Positions 47,255 to 56,406 of a stretch of 64,000 bases of DNA are shown piece after piece. The position numbers were made by a program, and so were the translations under genes. This DNA is from an uncultured Desulfospira sp. (GTDB lineage Bacteria; Desulfobacterota; Desulfobacteria; Desulfobacterales; Desulfobacteraceae): contig OY760175.1 in NCBI GenBank assembly GCA_963663165.1, positions 6,112,001 through 6,176,000 on the forward strand, read 5' to 3'. Position 1 is the stretch's first letter. Every line of letters begins with the position of its first letter. Under the pieces are notes generated by a model, which was given only the letters and a program-made list of their open reading frames with translations, was not told the DNA's origin and did no database searches.

Positions 47255-47713
47255 ATGAAAAACGATTTGCTGGATCAGATCAAAGCGTACTATCTTGAGA
47301 TGCTGCCCTTTAACAAGGTCCTGGGGATAGGAATTGATCTTCTCGACTATGACACCGGGGAGGCTGTGACAAGGTTTCCCATGGCCCCCCACCTTATCGG
47401 CAATTCAGTGGCCGGCATTCTTCACGGCGGGGTCACCGCAGCGGTCATTGACCTTACCGGGGGGCTGTCCGCCCTGATTTCCTGCGCCAAATTTAATGCC
47501 GATGCCCCGGAAGAGACCCTTTTCAACAAGTTGACGTCATCGGCCACCGTGGACATGCGGGTGGATTACTTAAAGCCGGGCAAAGGCGAAGACTTTTTGT
47601 GCCAAAGCCGGATTATTAAGGCGGGCTCACGGATTGTGGTGGCTAAGATCGACTTGTACAACGAACTTGATGACCGGATTGCATCAGGCACGGGAACCTA
47701 TCTGATCGGATGA
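47255..47713 (+). CDS. PaaI-family hotdog thioesterase
   Basis: GN...GILHGGV.A.VID..GG; TVDMRVDYLKPG. Confidence 0.9.
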   Translation: MKNDLLDQIKAYYLEMLPFNKVLGIGIDLLDYDTGEAVTRFPMAPHLIGNSVAGILHGGVTAAVIDLTGGLSALISCAKFNADAPEETLFNKLTSSATVDMRVDYLKPGKGEDFLCQSRIIKAGSRIVVAKIDLYNELDDRIASGTGTYLIG

Positions 47714-47720
47714 CCCAGTG

Positions 47721-47864
47721 GTGTTTGAACGAAAAGTCACCCATCTGCTGCGTTGCAGGGAAAGCTGCAATCCTCACAACCCTAAAGGTTGCTCCGGTTG
47801 CAACTTTCCCTGGTTTCTGACCTTTGGTTACGCCTTGCATCTGGGCAACTTTTCGTCCAAACAC
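47721..47864. mobile_element. MITE/REP-like family 2, copy 2
   Basis: 17-bp TIR GTGTTTGAACGAAAAGT / ACTTTTCGTCCAAACAC with 1 mismatch. No clear TSD. Confidence 0.7.
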
Positions 47865-48015
47865 AGAGACCCGTTCGGGCACCAATCGGGAAGTGTCTGG
47901 GTAAATATTACCCAATCAGTGGGGGGGGTAGTATGGGTAATATGGTTACAACTTTTCCCATGTTTTATCTCTTAAAAATCATGTATATTCAGTGAAACAG
48001 CTCCTTTTAGGAGGT

Positions 48016-48031
48016 TGGCATGCCCTTTGCT
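48016..48031 (+). promoter_or_regulatory. Putative sigma-54 promoter
   Basis: TGGCAT-GCCCT-TTGCT, about 100 bp upstream of 48128. Confidence 0.6.
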
Positions 48032-48127
48032 TTGTCAATGTGTTGTATCGTGGCCGTATGCGGTAGACGGCGACCAAAAGCAAAGGTTGATGCACCGTTT
48101 TGGGTTTAATTCATTCAGGAGGAAAAT

Positions 48128-48811
48128 ATGAAGACCAAACCTTTTAAATTAATAGTTCTGGCTGTTCTTTCAAGTTTTATCCTTACAGCGGTTTTTCCGG
48201 CAGGTGCCATGGCCAGACCGCCTCACGGCGGTCGGCCCGATCATCACGGCGGTCCCCATTATCCCGGGCCTGCCTTTAAACATGTGCCCCCCGGTGGCCA
48301 CCGGCTCTGGTTTGGGGATATGAATTACGTGTTTTACCGGGGATATTGCTACCGGCCGACGCCGGCCGGATATATTTATGCCCGTCCGCCGGTGGGACTG
48401 GTGGTGTACAGCCTTCCGGCTGCTGCTGTTACCATGATGGTTGCCGGCTTAACGTATTATCTGTATGACAATGTTTACTACAGGCGGGTCCCGGCAGGGT
48501 ACCAGGTGGTCACGGCCCCGGTGGGTGTGGCCACGACGGTCCAGACAACGGTACCGGTCACCTCGACTGTCGTGGTGCCGGCCAATACGGTCGCTTCGGG
48601 AACCCAGGCCGTGGTGACCATCAACAGCCTTAATGTCCGGTCCGGTCCGGGATTAAACCATAATGTTATCGGTCAGGTTTCTAAAGGCAATATCCTGTTT
48701 ATCCAGGGCAGTTCCCCTGAATGGTATTATGTCCTGCTTCCCGATAGAACCTTTGGATGGGTAATGGAACAGTTTGTTTCCGTGTCCGGCAGCAGCGGGC
48801 CGCAAGGCTAA
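48128..48811 (+). CDS. Exported Pro/Tyr-rich protein with C-terminal bacterial SH3 domain
   Basis: Signal peptide; LNVRSGPG...VIGQV.KG...WY.V.....FGWV...FV. Confidence 0.85.
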   Translation: MKTKPFKLIVLAVLSSFILTAVFPAGAMARPPHGGRPDHHGGPHYPGPAFKHVPPGGHRLWFGDMNYVFYRGYCYRPTPAGYIYARPPVGLVVYSLPAAAVTMMVAGLTYYLYDNVYYRRVPAGYQVVTAPVGVATTVQTTVPVTSTVVVPANTVASGTQAVVTINSLNVRSGPGLNHNVIGQVSKGNILFIQGSSPEWYYVLLPDRTFGWVMEQFVSVSGSSGPQG

Positions 48812-48868
48812 AAAGAAGACCGGAAGGCCGGAGACAGGAGGTCGGAAAAGCAGAATGGGACAGCTTTT

Positions 48869-49912
48869 TTACTCTTGTTTCCGGTTCTGTTTCATTTTTT
48901 CGAACATTTTTTTGAATTCTTCACAGGGGTCTTTGTAGGATACCCGCTGGGTGAACCAGAAAAAATCGGCCTGGGGAACCAGGTCAAACCCCTCAAGATC
49001 CAGGGGGGGCAGGTACTCCTCAAGGTCTGACCATTCCCGGGTGATTTCCACGATGGATAAATTTTTCTGGTCAAGGGCGCTGGACAGTTCCCTTACCCGG
49101 TCAACAACGCCCAAGCCATAATCTGTGTGGCCGGCACCCATGATGACCACCACAGGCCCTTTTTGCCCTGAAGCTTCCTGGTGGCGGTAAAGCTGGGTGA
49201 TGGACAGGGCCATCTTGTCGTTTCGGGCAAGCCAGGTGTCATAAAGCCTTTGGATCATTTTTCCATGGCCCATGCCGCAGTGGACTTCCTTGAATAAGGC
49301 TTCCATATGGGCCTGATAGACCGGATTTTTTAAATGGGTGGAAAACAGCTGCTGTTTTTCAATGTCGGAAAGTCCGGCAAGCCCTTTGCGGGTGATCCGT
49401 TTTTTCAGGGCCGAAGACAGGTCCAGGCCGGACACGGTCAGGTGGTTGTCCCTGCAGAGTTTGAGCAGGTCAAAGTAGTAGTTCCACATCTTATCGGACT
49501 GGTCCTCCCACCCGAGCTGTTTCCTCAAATGATTTTCAATAAATGCTTCCTGTTCTGTGGTGTGAGGGACCCGGCCGGATTCCATAAAATTGAGCAGATG
49601 GGGGGTATCGTCCATGGCAAAAAATTCAAACCCGACCACCGGGGCAAGCCCTTTGGCAATCATTTCCTGGATAATCCGGTGCTGGATGGCATGGTGCATG
49701 GGATTGTCGTGTTTTTCAGACAGGTAGACCACATCCGTGTCCATCAGGTGGTCCACAAGACTTGAAAAGGAAATAAACCCGGCGGTTCTGGTATCCACAA
49801 TTTTTCCGATCAGCGGATCATCCCGCATCCCAAGCTTGGGGGCCGTGGCGCAGGCATGAAACAGAACAGGAATAATGGCGCTTAAGCCGATAAAAGACAG
49901 TGCCCGGCCCAT
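48869..49912 (-). CDS. ChaN family lipoprotein
   Basis: Lipobox-like HAC; VVYLSEKHDNPMHH.IQ, GFEFF, MGAGH..YG.GV. RBS GGAG before ATG 49912. Confidence 0.82.
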   Translation of the reverse strand: MGRALSFIGLSAIIPVLFHACATAPKLGMRDDPLIGKIVDTRTAGFISFSSLVDHLMDTDVVYLSEKHDNPMHHAIQHRIIQEMIAKGLAPVVGFEFFAMDDTPHLLNFMESGRVPHTTEQEAFIENHLRKQLGWEDQSDKMWNYYFDLLKLCRDNHLTVSGLDLSSALKKRITRKGLAGLSDIEKQQLFSTHLKNPVYQAHMEALFKEVHCGMGHGKMIQRLYDTWLARNDKMALSITQLYRHQEASGQKGPVVVIMGAGHTDYGLGVVDRVRELSSALDQKNLSIVEITREWSDLEEYLPPLDLEGFDLVPQADFFWFTQRVSYKDPCEEFKKMFEKMKQNRKQE

Positions 49913-50109
49913 GTTTTTCTCCTTTGGTGATGTATGCTGATCCTGGAAATGCTCATGCCAATGTGTGGACAGCTTGCAAGATACCATTGCCGCTGCCGTT
50001 TTGCAAATGGGTGATCTTGTCGGCGGTTTGATGGCAATAGGGAGAATAAAAAAAGGAGACCGGAGAAAAGGAGACGGGAGACCGGATGAGGCGGTGCTGT
50101 TGGATCGGC

Positions 50110-50166
50110 CGTAGGGGCGATTCATGAATCGCCCTTAAACGAGGGCAATTCATGAATTGCCCCTAC
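50110..50166. repeat. GTAG-type REP doublet
   Basis: GTAGGGGCGATTCATGAATCGCCC ... GGGCAATTCATGAATTGCCCCTAC. Confidence 0.85.
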
Positions 50167-50305
50167 ACCGTCATCACATGTAATGTAAAAATCCAAGATT
50201 CAACTATTTTGAAGATTAACTTTATTTTCTGACGCGCGAGTACCGGCGTACCCGATTGTGCCGGCCTGGCAGATATTGTAAAATTGCCCCGCAAAGGAGA
50301 AAAAA

Positions 50306-51505
50306 ATGGAGTGGGTAAAAAAAGAAGACACCTATAAAGTGCCCATCAAATCCTGGTGCCGGGACCTTGAAGGCAAGGCTTTGAGCCAGGCCGAGGATCT
50401 GGCCCGGCACCCGGTAATGTTCCATCATGTAGCCCTGATGCCGGACTGCCATATGGGGTACGGTATGCCCATCGGAGGGGTGATCGCTGCAAAGGATGCG
50501 GTGATTCCCAATGCCGTGGGCGTTGATATCGGATGCGGGATGGGATCTATGAAAACAAGCCTCCAGGTTTCTGAAATCAGCAGGGAAACCATCCGTCAGA
50601 TTGTCGAACAGGTAAAGAAACGGGTTCCCTGCGGCGAGGGAAAATCCCATAAAGATGGGCAGACATGGGAAGGACTGGAGGATATAGACGCCTATGAAAA
50701 AAGAGGCTGGTTTTCATCCCATGTCAGAAACCTGGCCTTGAAGAACTTGGGAACCCTTGGCGGCGGAAACCATTTTATTGAAATCCAGGCCGGGGATGAT
50801 GGCCATGTCTGGCTGATGATCCATTCGGGATCACGGCATCTTGGCAATGTCATTGCCCGTTACTATAACGATAGGGCGGTGGGCATAAACCAGAAATGGT
50901 TGGCCGGCACCCCTAAGGATCTGGCATTCCTGCCCACGGACACGCCTGAAGGACAGGCCTATATCAAAGATATGAACTTTGCCCTCGCCTATGCCCGGGA
51001 AAACCGGAAGCGAATCATGGCCGGGTTTATGGCGGCTTTTTCCCAGGTGTTTCCGGACACCCGGTTTTCAGATGAGGTCAATATCCATCACAATTATGCC
51101 TGCCTTGAAACCCATTTCAACACGAAGGTCTGGGTTCACCGGAAGGGGGCCACCTCTGCCCAGAAAGGGGAAATCGGCATCATCCCCGGCTCCATGGGCG
51201 CCCCGTCCTACCGGGTGGAAGGTCTGGGAAACCCGGAATCCTTTATGTCCTGCTCCCATGGTGCCGGACGGGTCATGGGAAGGATGCAGGCCACCCGCAG
51301 CCTTACCCCCGAAGCGTGTGACCGGGCCATGCAGGGCATTGTCTATGACCGGTGGAACAAGGTTAGGAAAGGGAAAACAAAAGGGATGCCGGATCTTGGT
51401 GAAGCCCCCCAGGCTTATAAAAATATTGAAGATGTCATTGAGGCCCAGCGCGATCTGGTCACACCCCTTCAAAGATTTCGCCCTTTAGGCGTTGTTAAAG
51501 GATAG
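50306..51505 (+). CDS. rtcB: RtcB family RNA ligase
   Basis: MPDCHMGYG.PIGG, GVDIGCG, GTLGGGNHFIE, HSGSR, HNY, HRKGAT, PGSMG, SHGAGR, EAP.AYK. Confidence 0.95.
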   Translation: MEWVKKEDTYKVPIKSWCRDLEGKALSQAEDLARHPVMFHHVALMPDCHMGYGMPIGGVIAAKDAVIPNAVGVDIGCGMGSMKTSLQVSEISRETIRQIVEQVKKRVPCGEGKSHKDGQTWEGLEDIDAYEKRGWFSSHVRNLALKNLGTLGGGNHFIEIQAGDDGHVWLMIHSGSRHLGNVIARYYNDRAVGINQKWLAGTPKDLAFLPTDTPEGQAYIKDMNFALAYARENRKRIMAGFMAAFSQVFPDTRFSDEVNIHHNYACLETHFNTKVWVHRKGATSAQKGEIGIIPGSMGAPSYRVEGLGNPESFMSCSHGAGRVMGRMQATRSLTPEACDRAMQGIVYDRWNKVRKGKTKGMPDLGEAPQAYKNIEDVIEAQRDLVTPLQRFRPLGVVKG

Positions 51506-51588
51506 GCGGAAGACAGGCGGGTGCACAGCGCGGCAAAGCCGCAACCAAAATATGTGTTCCTTGCCGGGAAATTTAATGTAAAAAAAGG

Positions 51589-51663
51589 GTAACTATTCAG
51601 CTAATGCTGAAAACTAAGCAAAACCAGGGTCTGTAACTGTTCATCAGTCCTTCATATTTGTTT
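51589..51663. mobile_element. MITE family 1, truncated copy 4 (left half only)
   Basis: Matches the first ~75 bp of copies 1-3, then runs into a family A REP palindrome. Confidence 0.85.
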
Positions 51664-51667
51664 TTTA

Positions 51668-51719
51668 TAACGGCCACGGGCCGCCTTGGTTGGATAACCA
51701 AGGCGGCCCGTGGCCGTTA
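51668..51719. repeat. REP family A, full palindromic doublet between convergent genes
   Basis: TAACGGCCACGGGCCGCCTTGGTT-GGAT-AACCAAGGCGGCCCGTGGCCGTTA. Confidence 0.88.
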
Positions 51720-51766
51720 GTGGAGAGCAAGGGCATTATTTTTAAATCCGGTTATCCTGAGCTTAT

Positions 51767-52933
51767 TCAATCCGGATATCGGATAAACTGTTTTTCCAGC
51801 TTTACCTGGTGCAGACGGTAGATACGGGAGATGTCCCGGCCCATGGCGTCAATGGTGTGGTGTTTCTTGACATTTTCCCGGGCCGTTTTGACCCGTTCCA
51901 GAGTGGCGGCCTCATCATTAAGGGTGCTGATGATCATGCCGCACAGACCGTTCACATCCCCTGCCTCAAAGAGCAGGCCGGTTTCATCCGGGATGATGAT
52001 ATCGGTGATCCCCTGGGTTCGGGACCCGATGACCGGGCAGGCGGCGTACATGGCCTCAAGAAGGGCCTGGGGGATGCCTTCAAAAACAATGCTGTCGTGG
52101 TCCCTGGAAGCCAGGATGTGACAGTCCAGGGCCGGGTAAAAGGGCCAGATATCTTCTTTGAACCCCAGAAAATGGACCCTGCCGTCTATGCCCAGGTCCC
52201 GGGAAAGCCCAGAAAGGTGTTCTTGAAAGGCCGGCTCCCCTTTACCGGCAATGGCCAGGTGGTGGGGAATGTGGGGCATTGCTTTGGCAAAGCCCTTTAA
52301 CAGGATATCCACGCCCTTGTTCTGGCTGACCTTGCCGGCAAATCCCATGAACCGGGTGGACAAGTCAAGTCCAAGTTCATTGGCAAGGGTTTGCCTGGCC
52401 TCTTCTTTGGGGGGAAGATAGGTCGGTTCAATGATCCCCGAAGGAATGGAAAATATTTCCATGTCTGAGAGTTTGAACACTTTTTGAAGGTGGTGCCGGG
52501 TATAATCTGCCGTGGTAAAGGTATAGTGGCTTAATTTTTTGTGAAGCCGGCGGTTGTGCCAGGAATTTCTGACATGGGCACTGATGTGCCGGGACAGGAT
52601 TCTTAAGGGGATGTTGGTTTTTCTGCCGGCGGCCAGGGCAATCTTTGAATCGGCATCTCCATGGGTATTGAGGATTTGAGGCTGCTCGTTTTCAAAAATG
52701 CGGATCAGGCTTTTGTAATTGGCGATGGCGGCAAGCCGCCGGAAGGTCATGGGGTAGAGCCGGAATCCGAATCCTTTTGCCCGTTTAAACAACGGGGTGC
52801 CTTCCGGGGCAACAATGATCATCTGATGGCCTTTATCCGCCATCCACAAGGATTCGTTCAAAATTCGTTTTTCAAGCTGTCCCCACCCGGTATGGCAGGT
52901 GGTATGGATGATTTTATACAAAGATGATTTCAT
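51767..52933 (-). CDS. Glycosyltransferase family 4 (likely LPS-related)
   Basis: [33 protein letters not shown]...PVIGS..G..DII...ETGLL. Confidence 0.9.
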   Translation of the reverse strand: MKSSLYKIIHTTCHTGWGQLEKRILNESLWMADKGHQMIIVAPEGTPLFKRAKGFGFRLYPMTFRRLAAIANYKSLIRIFENEQPQILNTHGDADSKIALAAGRKTNIPLRILSRHISAHVRNSWHNRRLHKKLSHYTFTTADYTRHHLQKVFKLSDMEIFSIPSGIIEPTYLPPKEEARQTLANELGLDLSTRFMGFAGKVSQNKGVDILLKGFAKAMPHIPHHLAIAGKGEPAFQEHLSGLSRDLGIDGRVHFLGFKEDIWPFYPALDCHILASRDHDSIVFEGIPQALLEAMYAACPVIGSRTQGITDIIIPDETGLLFEAGDVNGLCGMIISTLNDEAATLERVKTARENVKKHHTIDAMGRDISRIYRLHQVKLEKQFIRYPD

Positions 52934-53130
52934 GGGATCAGGTTGTGTTTGATTTTATCTTCAATCCGTTTGATGTCTTCGGGCCCAAGGCCTGAGATAT
53001 CAGCGATAGCTGTAGAGCGCAGGGCCTGTTTATACACCCTCTGGATCATGGGTTTCCCGGCGTTCATGGCCAGCGGCTTGCCTTCAAGGCGGCTGGCCCC
53101 GTAACGGGATGGGATAGCGGCGGTGATCAT
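52930..53130 (-). pseudogene. kdsB: Internally deleted CMP-Kdo synthetase (KdsB) remnant
   Basis: [15 protein letters not shown]....[11 protein letters not shown] joined within ~10 aa to the C-terminal PEDI.RIE motif. It is 66 aa, against ~250 aa for KdsB. Confidence 0.8.
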
Positions 53131-53207
53131 CTGAAAAGAACCCCGGTTTCCAGTACCTCCTGGACCTGTTGTCTTTCTTCGTCTCCAAAAATTTCAAACC
53201 CGGGCAT
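53127..53207 (-). pseudogene. 26-aa N-terminal remnant of a KdnA-like DegT/DnrJ aminotransferase
   Basis: Strong RBS (AAGGAG), then [26 protein letters not shown], whose stop overlaps the kdsB ATG. Confidence 0.65.
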
Positions 53208-53625
53208 GCTCTCTCCTTTTAATTTCTTAACGTGTTAAAAATTAAAGTGGATATAGATATCATACCACTGGGAAAAGTTGCAAGTAAGGTTTTTGATTTA
53301 TGGTTTTGTACAGACCGCCTCCCCCCTCGCGGCTTGTAATTCATATCAGCCTTCCTAACGTTCAGTAAAAACAAATCATTGCCTTTACCGGCAGGGGCAA
53401 ATGGGATGCCTTTGAAAAGCATGGGGATGAATCGGGCGAGCCCTTGACTAGGCCGGAAAAGCTTCCTATAAGTTCTTCCATAAACAGCTTGGTTTTGTGT
53501 TTTGAAAAAAAATTTTTATCAATACGCCGGAGAAGCCTTTTATTTTATCTGTGATACGGGGGTTACGGAAATTAAGTTCAAATTAAAAAAGCCGGGTGAG
53601 GAGTTTCCGGCAGGGGGATTTTTTT

Positions 53626-56406
53626 ATGGCTGATGGTTGTGCCGGTTGCCGGGCATTGGAAGCCAGGATCCGGGAGCTGGAAAAAGAAAATGAATATTTG
53701 CAGCTGTTTAAATCCGGGATGGACAATATTTCGTCTTCCCGGTTTGCTGTTTTGAGCCGGGATCATCGTTTTGAGGCCGTCAGCCGGGGATACCTTGATG
53801 CCTATCATCGAAAATCTGAAGAGATAATCGGAAAGAAGGCAGCCGAGGTGCTGGATGCGCAGGCGTTTCACACTGTGGCTGAACCCTGTTTCGCAAAGGC
53901 TCTGGAAGGGCGGGTTGTTCACCATACCACCTGGGCTAAAATGCCTGATGCCCAGGAGCGGTTTCTGGAGTTGCATTATTTCCCAATTGCAGATCAGGGC
54001 ATCATTTACCGGGTGGCCATTCTGGTCCATGACCTGACACAGGCCAGTGGAATCCGGGGGGCGTCTGTCGAATCAACGGCCAATTTCCCCAAAGCCCGGC
54101 GGATGATGATTCCGCATATAGGCAATTGGACCTGGGATATCAAGGATGACCGGCTTTGGGGGTCAAATGAATTTTTTCGTATCCTGGGGGTTGACCATAA
54201 AGGCCTTGTCCTGAATCATGGGGGATATTCTCAGTTCATCCATCCCCAGGACCGTAATGCCTACCGCGACATGATAGTGAAAGTGATAAAAACGGGCCTG
54301 GCGTATACCCGGAAATACCGGATCATCCGGCCTGACAGGGAAATCCGTACAGTGATAGAGCAGGGCAAAGTTATCGGCGATGCCGGCGGGGCCCCGGCGA
54401 GACTGTTTGCCACCATTCAGGATGTCACGGGGCGATCCGTCCAGGCCGGAAAACAATACCAGACCATCATCCAGACCGCCATTGACGGATTTGTCATGCT
54501 GGATGAACAGGGGCGGCTGATGGATGTCAATGAGGCCTATTGCCGGATGGTGGGGTATACCAGGGAAGAGTTGCTGCACATGAACGTGTCGGATCTGGAT
54601 ATCAAGGATATTCGCCTCGGGGAAATGGTGCAATTTTTTCGGTCTGTGGCCCAAACCGGCAGCCATTATCTGGAAACCCGGCACCGGCATAAAACCGGAC
54701 GCCTGGTGGATGTGCAAATCAGCCTTCAGTGCTCGGATGCGCGAAACGGGATGTTTTTCAGTTTTGTTCAGGACATTACGGAAAAAAAACAGATCCGGGA
54801 AGCGCTGAAAAATAGTGAGGCCAAATACCATGACCTGTTTGAAAGCGCCCCCGTGATGTATGTGGTGCTTGAAAAACAACAGGACGATGCCGTACTCAAG
54901 GACTGCAACCGCCTGTTTCTGGAGACCCTGGGATATCCCCGCACAGAGGTGATCGACCGGTTCATCGGGGATTTTTATACCCCTGATTCCCTGATGAAAA
55001 TGAGGGGTGATAAGAATTTCAAGCAGATCAGGGAAAATACGTTTTCCGTTGCAGAACGGGAACTGGTTTGCCGCAGCGGGGAGATTATCCATACTCTGTT
55101 GCAGGCCAAACCCGATTTGGATGACCATGGAAAACTCATTGGCATCCGGTGCATGTACACCAATATCAGCGCCCAGAAAAAGGCTCAGGAACAACTCAAG
55201 GAGAGCAACCACCTGTTGATAATGATTCTGGACGGCATCGGCGAGCCCCTGATTATATTAGACCGGAACATGGGGGTACTGATGATGAACCGGGCGGCTG
55301 AGATTTGCACAGAAAAAGCCGGCAGCCAATGCCTGGGCCAGAAATGTCATCAGATTTTCAAGTCAGCGCCACAGCCTTGCACGGGCTGTGGCGTGGAACA
55401 AGTCCTTGGGTCCGGCGAAAAAGCACAATACGAGCGGGCCGGACTCATGAATCCGGACGTTTTGGAACGGGTTACTGTTTATCCGATTGTGGAAAAAGGC
55501 CATCAGGCATGGGCCGCCATTGTCCGGGTTTCCGACATCACCCTGGAGCGGCAGATGGAAAAGGAACTGATTCAGGCCGACAAAATGATTTCCCTTGGCA
55601 TCCTGGTTTCCGGTGTGGCCCATGAGATCAATAACCCCAATCATCTGATCATGTCCAACACGCCTTTATTAATTGAGGCCTGGAAAAGCATTGTACCAAT
55701 GCTGGACCGGTATTGCCGGGAGAATGGCGATTTCAGCCTGGCCGGGCTTCCCTACAGCCGGATGAGCGAAGAAATTCCCCAATTGTTTGAGGGAATCCTC
55801 AAGGGATCCGCCCGTATTCATCGGATCGTCAGAGATCTAAAGGATTACGCCAGAAAAGAAGATGTGGATATGGACCAGGCTGTGGACCTTAACCATGTGG
55901 TCAAAAATGCCGTGCGCATGACCCGGAACCTGATTCATGAAAGGACGGACCATTTCAGTCTGGCCTATGGCCGCAGCATGCCGCAGATTCGGGGCAACCG
56001 GCAGAAACTGGAACAGGTGGTCATCAACCTGATCCAGAACGCCTGCCAGGCGATTTCAGAAAGAGGCCAGGGCCTGGAAATCACCACATTCCCGGAGCCG
56101 GATCTCAATTGCCTTTGCGTGCGGGTCAAGGACCAGGGCGATGGAATACCGGAAAGTCTGATGGAACGGATAATGGATCCCTTTTTTACTACCCGGCGGG
56201 GGCAGGGCGGGACCGGCCTGGGGCTTGCCGTCTGTCTGAACATTGTCACAACCCACGGGGGGAAAATTGAGGTGGCCAGCAAACCGGGTCAGGGATCAGT
56301 ATTCACGGTTAATTTACCCTTGACTGCATCGCCGAAGGATTGCCTTTGTATCCGCCGGGTGCCCGGGGAATGGGCTGGGTTCGGTTTCCCGGGGACAGTT
56401 CCATGA
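53626..56406 (+). CDS. Multi-PAS sensor histidine kinase
   Basis: Several PAS/PAC motifs; GVAHEINNP, NLIQNA, DQGDG, PFFTT, GTGLGL. Confidence 0.93.
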   Translation: MADGCAGCRALEARIRELEKENEYLQLFKSGMDNISSSRFAVLSRDHRFEAVSRGYLDAYHRKSEEIIGKKAAEVLDAQAFHTVAEPCFAKALEGRVVHHTTWAKMPDAQERFLELHYFPIADQGIIYRVAILVHDLTQASGIRGASVESTANFPKARRMMIPHIGNWTWDIKDDRLWGSNEFFRILGVDHKGLVLNHGGYSQFIHPQDRNAYRDMIVKVIKTGLAYTRKYRIIRPDREIRTVIEQGKVIGDAGGAPARLFATIQDVTGRSVQAGKQYQTIIQTAIDGFVMLDEQGRLMDVNEAYCRMVGYTREELLHMNVSDLDIKDIRLGEMVQFFRSVAQTGSHYLETRHRHKTGRLVDVQISLQCSDARNGMFFSFVQDITEKKQIREALKNSEAKYHDLFESAPVMYVVLEKQQDDAVLKDCNRLFLETLGYPRTEVIDRFIGDFYTPDSLMKMRGDKNFKQIRENTFSVAERELVCRSGEIIHTLLQAKPDLDDHGKLIGIRCMYTNISAQKKAQEQLKESNHLLIMILDGIGEPLIILDRNMGVLMMNRAAEICTEKAGSQCLGQKCHQIFKSAPQPCTGCGVEQVLGSGEKAQYERAGLMNPDVLERVTVYPIVEKGHQAWAAIVRVSDITLERQMEKELIQADKMISLGILVSGVAHEINNPNHLIMSNTPLLIEAWKSIVPMLDRYCRENGDFSLAGLPYSRMSEEIPQLFEGILKGSARIHRIVRDLKDYARKEDVDMDQAVDLNHVVKNAVRMTRNLIHERTDHFSLAYGRSMPQIRGNRQKLEQVVINLIQNACQAISERGQGLEITTFPEPDLNCLCVRVKDQGDGIPESLMERIMDPFFTTRRGQGGTGLGLAVCLNIVTTHGGKIEVASKPGQGSVFTVNLPLTASPKDCLCIRRVPGEWAGFGFPGTVP

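Noticed and set aside
50306..51505. RtcB as part of an RNA-repair operon (rtcA/rtcR/Ro-Y RNA)
   Set aside because: The gene stands alone between repeats, and no partner genes or recognisable ncRNA are nearby.
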